A stretch of 32,000 nucleotides of DNA, taken from positions 2,820,001 to 2,852,000 of the forward strand of contig NC_000962.3 of assembly GCF_000195955.2 (NCBI RefSeq), given 5' to 3'. Below the pieces are notes generated by a model. It was not told the DNA's origin. It ran no database searches and saw only the letters and a list, made by a program, of their open reading frames with translations. The position numbers and the translations under genes are program-made. Positions 29,852-32,000 of this stretch are shown piece after piece. Source of the DNA: Mycobacterium tuberculosis H37Rv. Lineage in GTDB: Bacteria > Actinomycetota > Actinomycetes > Mycobacteriales > Mycobacteriaceae. Each line of letters opens with the position of its first letter. The first letter of the stretch is position 1.

Positions 29852-30574
29852 CTAAGCCCACTGCCCGAATTGGGGCTTCAGGATTTGGTTGACGTCCACC
29901 CCGACCCCACCAACCTTGCGCTTATCGATCTCCACCTGGTGCAGATGCGCGGCCGGGTGGGTGTATCCCTTGGGCGAGCCCCAGTTGTGCTGCCAGAAGT
30001 ACGAGCCCAAGCCATCGTTGACGGCCCAGTCGATGGTTTTGGAGTTGGCGTACACGCCGGTCCGCTGGTGTCCGATCACCGACTCCCAGGACCGCAGATA
30101 TGGCACGATCTGGTTCTTGTACTGCTCATATGATGGGTTGTCGTCGATCGAGGCGTAGATCGGGGCGCTCGTCGGGCCGCCGGCAGCGGCATGCAGCTCC
30201 GACCCCCGTCTGGCGTGCTGCACGCCGGCGCTGGCACCGCCCAGCCAGTCGGCAGTGCTCCCCTTGCCGTATTGATAACAGGACACGATCTTGAGCCCAT
30301 TGCCGCTCAGGTCACGGGCCTCGCTGAGCTGGATCGGCTTGCCAAGCATCCAGGCGCCGCCAGGCCGCCGATCGGACACGTACCGGATTGCCCCCACCGC
30401 GCCGGCAGCCCTGATCTGGCTGGCGGGGATGACACCGGCGGCGTAGTCCAACAGGGTGCCCAGCGAACCGGCCGATGCCGGCGCGGCGCGCAACGACGAC
30501 GCAACGACGCCAAGACCCAGCACGCCCGGAGTCGCCGCCGCGAATTTGAGCACATCACGCCGAGAGACCGACAT
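29852..30574 (-). CDS. Tat-exported DUF1906 / glycoside-hydrolase-like protein (Rv2525c-like)
   Basis: Twin-arginine signal MSVSRRDVLKFAAATPGVLGLGVVASSLRAAPASA, then LLDYAAGVIPASQIRAAGAVGAIRYVSDRR, typical of the DUF1906 fold; 240 aa. Confidence 0.92.
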   Translation of the reverse strand: MSVSRRDVLKFAAATPGVLGLGVVASSLRAAPASAGSLGTLLDYAAGVIPASQIRAAGAVGAIRYVSDRRPGGAWMLGKPIQLSEARDLSGNGLKIVSCYQYGKGSTADWLGGASAGVQHARRGSELHAAAGGPTSAPIYASIDDNPSYEQYKNQIVPYLRSWESVIGHQRTGVYANSKTIDWAVNDGLGSYFWQHNWGSPKGYTHPAAHLHQVEIDKRKVGGVGVDVNQILKPQFGQWA

Positions 30575-31081
30575 ATGCCACAGGGTACGACAAAAACAAC
30601 AACTGTCACACTGGTTTCAGTGGTCACGGATGCATCACACTGGCAGAACACATGCATGCGGCCATACCGACACCGGTGCGGTCTCGGGCAGGCCGCCTCT
30701 CCCTGCGACCACTACTACGGTGTGATCGCCTACGCTCCCAACGGCGCAATGGGCAAAATCGTCGCGCCACCGCACTCGAGGCCAGGCGGATATCGACGCA
30801 TAAGAACTTTGCGGCGTCTTAGCTGCAAAGTGCTCAGCAACTTCACCAACTACCACGGGGGAGTCCGACGATCGCGCCCGCTGGCAGAACCTGGACGTGC
30901 AACCAGTTGAGTAGTTCCCACACTGCGCGCCGAGCGTGGGCTGGCTGCGCCGAATGTGCACTGGTGGCGGCGACACGCCCGGGCGACGCCGCCGTGGTTG
31001 CACGTTCGGCGTAGGCAGCCCCGTGCGCTTGCCGGGCAGGTGTCCTCAAAGGTCCAACTAGACACACATATCAGACACTAG

Positions 31082-31091
31082 TATGTACATA
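31082..31091. promoter_or_regulatory. Perfect 10-bp palindrome TATGTACATA abutting the vapB17 start
   Basis: Read directly; its last base is the A of the vapB start codon. Confidence 0.4.
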
Positions 31092-31318
31092 TGACCGTAA
31101 AGAGGACCACGATTGAGCTGGACGAAGATCTTGTGCGGGCAGCCCAGGCCGTCACCGGGGAAACATTGCGAGCGACGGTCGAGCGCGCGCTGCAGCAGCT
31201 GGTGGCCGCGGCTGCCGAGCAGGCCGCCGCGCGCCGGCGGCGGATCGTCGACCATCTCGCGCACGCCGGCACTCACGTGGACGCAGACGTGCTGCTCTCC
31301 GAGCAGGCGTGGCGATGA
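31091..31318 (+). CDS. vapB17: VapB-type antitoxin (Rv2526-like)
   Basis: 75 aa: MTVKRTTIELDEDLVRAAQAVTGETLRATVERALQQLVAA; RHH-type N-terminus; 4-bp overlap with vapC. Confidence 0.93.
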   Translation: MTVKRTTIELDEDLVRAAQAVTGETLRATVERALQQLVAAAAEQAAARRRRIVDHLAHAGTHVDADVLLSEQAWR

Positions 31319-31716
31319 CCACCTGGATTCTGGACAAGAGTGCCCACGTGCGACTCGTGGCCGGCGCCACGCCGCCAGCCGGCATCGACCTCACCGACCT
31401 CGCCATCTGCGATATCGGCGAACTTGAATGGCTGTATTCAGCACGGTCAGCTACCGACTACGACAGCCAACAAACGTCACTGCGCGCCTATCAAATCCTT
31501 CGCGCACCCAGCGACATCTTTGACCGGGTTCGCCACCTTCAGCGCGACCTAGCCCACCACCGTGGGATGTGGCATCGAACGCCGCTTCCGGACCTATTCA
31601 TCGCCGAAACCGCGCTTCATCACCGGGCCGGCGTGTTGCACCACGACCGTGACTACAAACGAATTGCCGTCGTACGGCCTGGGTTTCAAGCATGCGAACT
31701 CTCTCGCGGGCGCTAG
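31315..31716 (+). CDS. vapC17: VapC-type PIN-domain toxin (Rv2527-like)
   Basis: 133 aa: MTTWILDKSAHVRL...LAICDIGELEWLYSARSATDY...DLFIAETALHHRAGVLHHDRDYKRIA. Confidence 0.93.
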   Translation: MTTWILDKSAHVRLVAGATPPAGIDLTDLAICDIGELEWLYSARSATDYDSQQTSLRAYQILRAPSDIFDRVRHLQRDLAHHRGMWHRTPLPDLFIAETALHHRAGVLHHDRDYKRIAVVRPGFQACELSRGR

Positions 31717-31750
31717 CTTCGCCCGAATCCGTGAGCGGAGGCGATAATCC

Positions 31751-32000
31751 TTACAGGCCATCAAAAAAGTCCTCGTCGAGCCGTAAGAGTTCGACGGTCT
31801 GCACCGCCTGGACACCGACTCGATACCGCACGAGCAGCTCGGCCAGCCGAGCGCCGTCGATGAGTTCGATCCGGGCGTTGATCCGCTCAGCTTCCTCGCG
31901 GGCACCGCGGGAAAACGATGACGTGGTGATGTAGACGCCCCGGTCGCCCTGCTTGCCCAGGAGGGCGCCGGCGAACTCGTGGATCTTCGGCCGGCCAATC
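31751..32000 (-). CDS. mrr: Mrr-type restriction endonuclease, C-terminal part (Rv2528c-like); 5' part beyond the right edge
   Basis: Manual translation of the minus strand: IGRPKIHEFAGALLGKQGDRGVYITTSSFSRGAREEAERINARIELIDGARLAELLVRYRVGVQAVQTVELLRLDEDFFDGL*. The ITTSxFSxxAxexA and LIDGxxLaeLlvryxVGV motifs are typical of Mrr. Missing from the ORF track. Confidence 0.93.
   Translation of the reverse strand, partial: IGRPKIHEFAGALLGKQGDRGVYITTSSFSRGAREEAERINARIELIDGARLAELLVRYRVGVQAVQTVELLRLDEDFFDGL

Noticed and set aside
31594-31998. 134-aa minus-strand ORF over the mrr region
   Set aside because: The adjacent frame gives a clear Mrr C-terminus (…LLRLDEDFFDGL*), so this one is out of frame.

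Overview
This 32-kb window matches the Mycobacterium tuberculosis complex chromosome, about Rv2505c (fadD35) to Rv2528c (mrr). The assignment comes from recalled protein sequences and gene order; no database was searched. Left part (1-7804): acyl-CoA synthetase (runs off the left edge), TetR regulator, MmpS-like membrane protein, MFS-like transporter, short-chain dehydrogenase, HerA-like ATPase, oligoribonuclease. tRNA-His(GTG) and tRNA-Lys(CTT) flank a compact accessory segment (about 7930-13840). It holds a complete 1324-bp IS1081 with Cys-rich ORF fragments on each side, a PIN-like/Xre-ImmA gene pair, and a HicA-like/HTH gene pair. After it come L,D-transpeptidase ldtB, PE26 with an aspartyl-protease-like C-terminus, bcp, an M20 peptidase, acpS, the 9.2-kb type I fatty acid synthase gene fas, a Tat-exported DUF1906-like protein, vapBC17 and the 3' end of mrr. 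Most of this is known gene content. The points most worth follow-up are the two candidate toxin-antitoxin-like modules, the IS1081 insertion context, the PE26 catalytic domain, and several unassigned palindromes upstream of regulators and operons. I found no convincing wholly new system.
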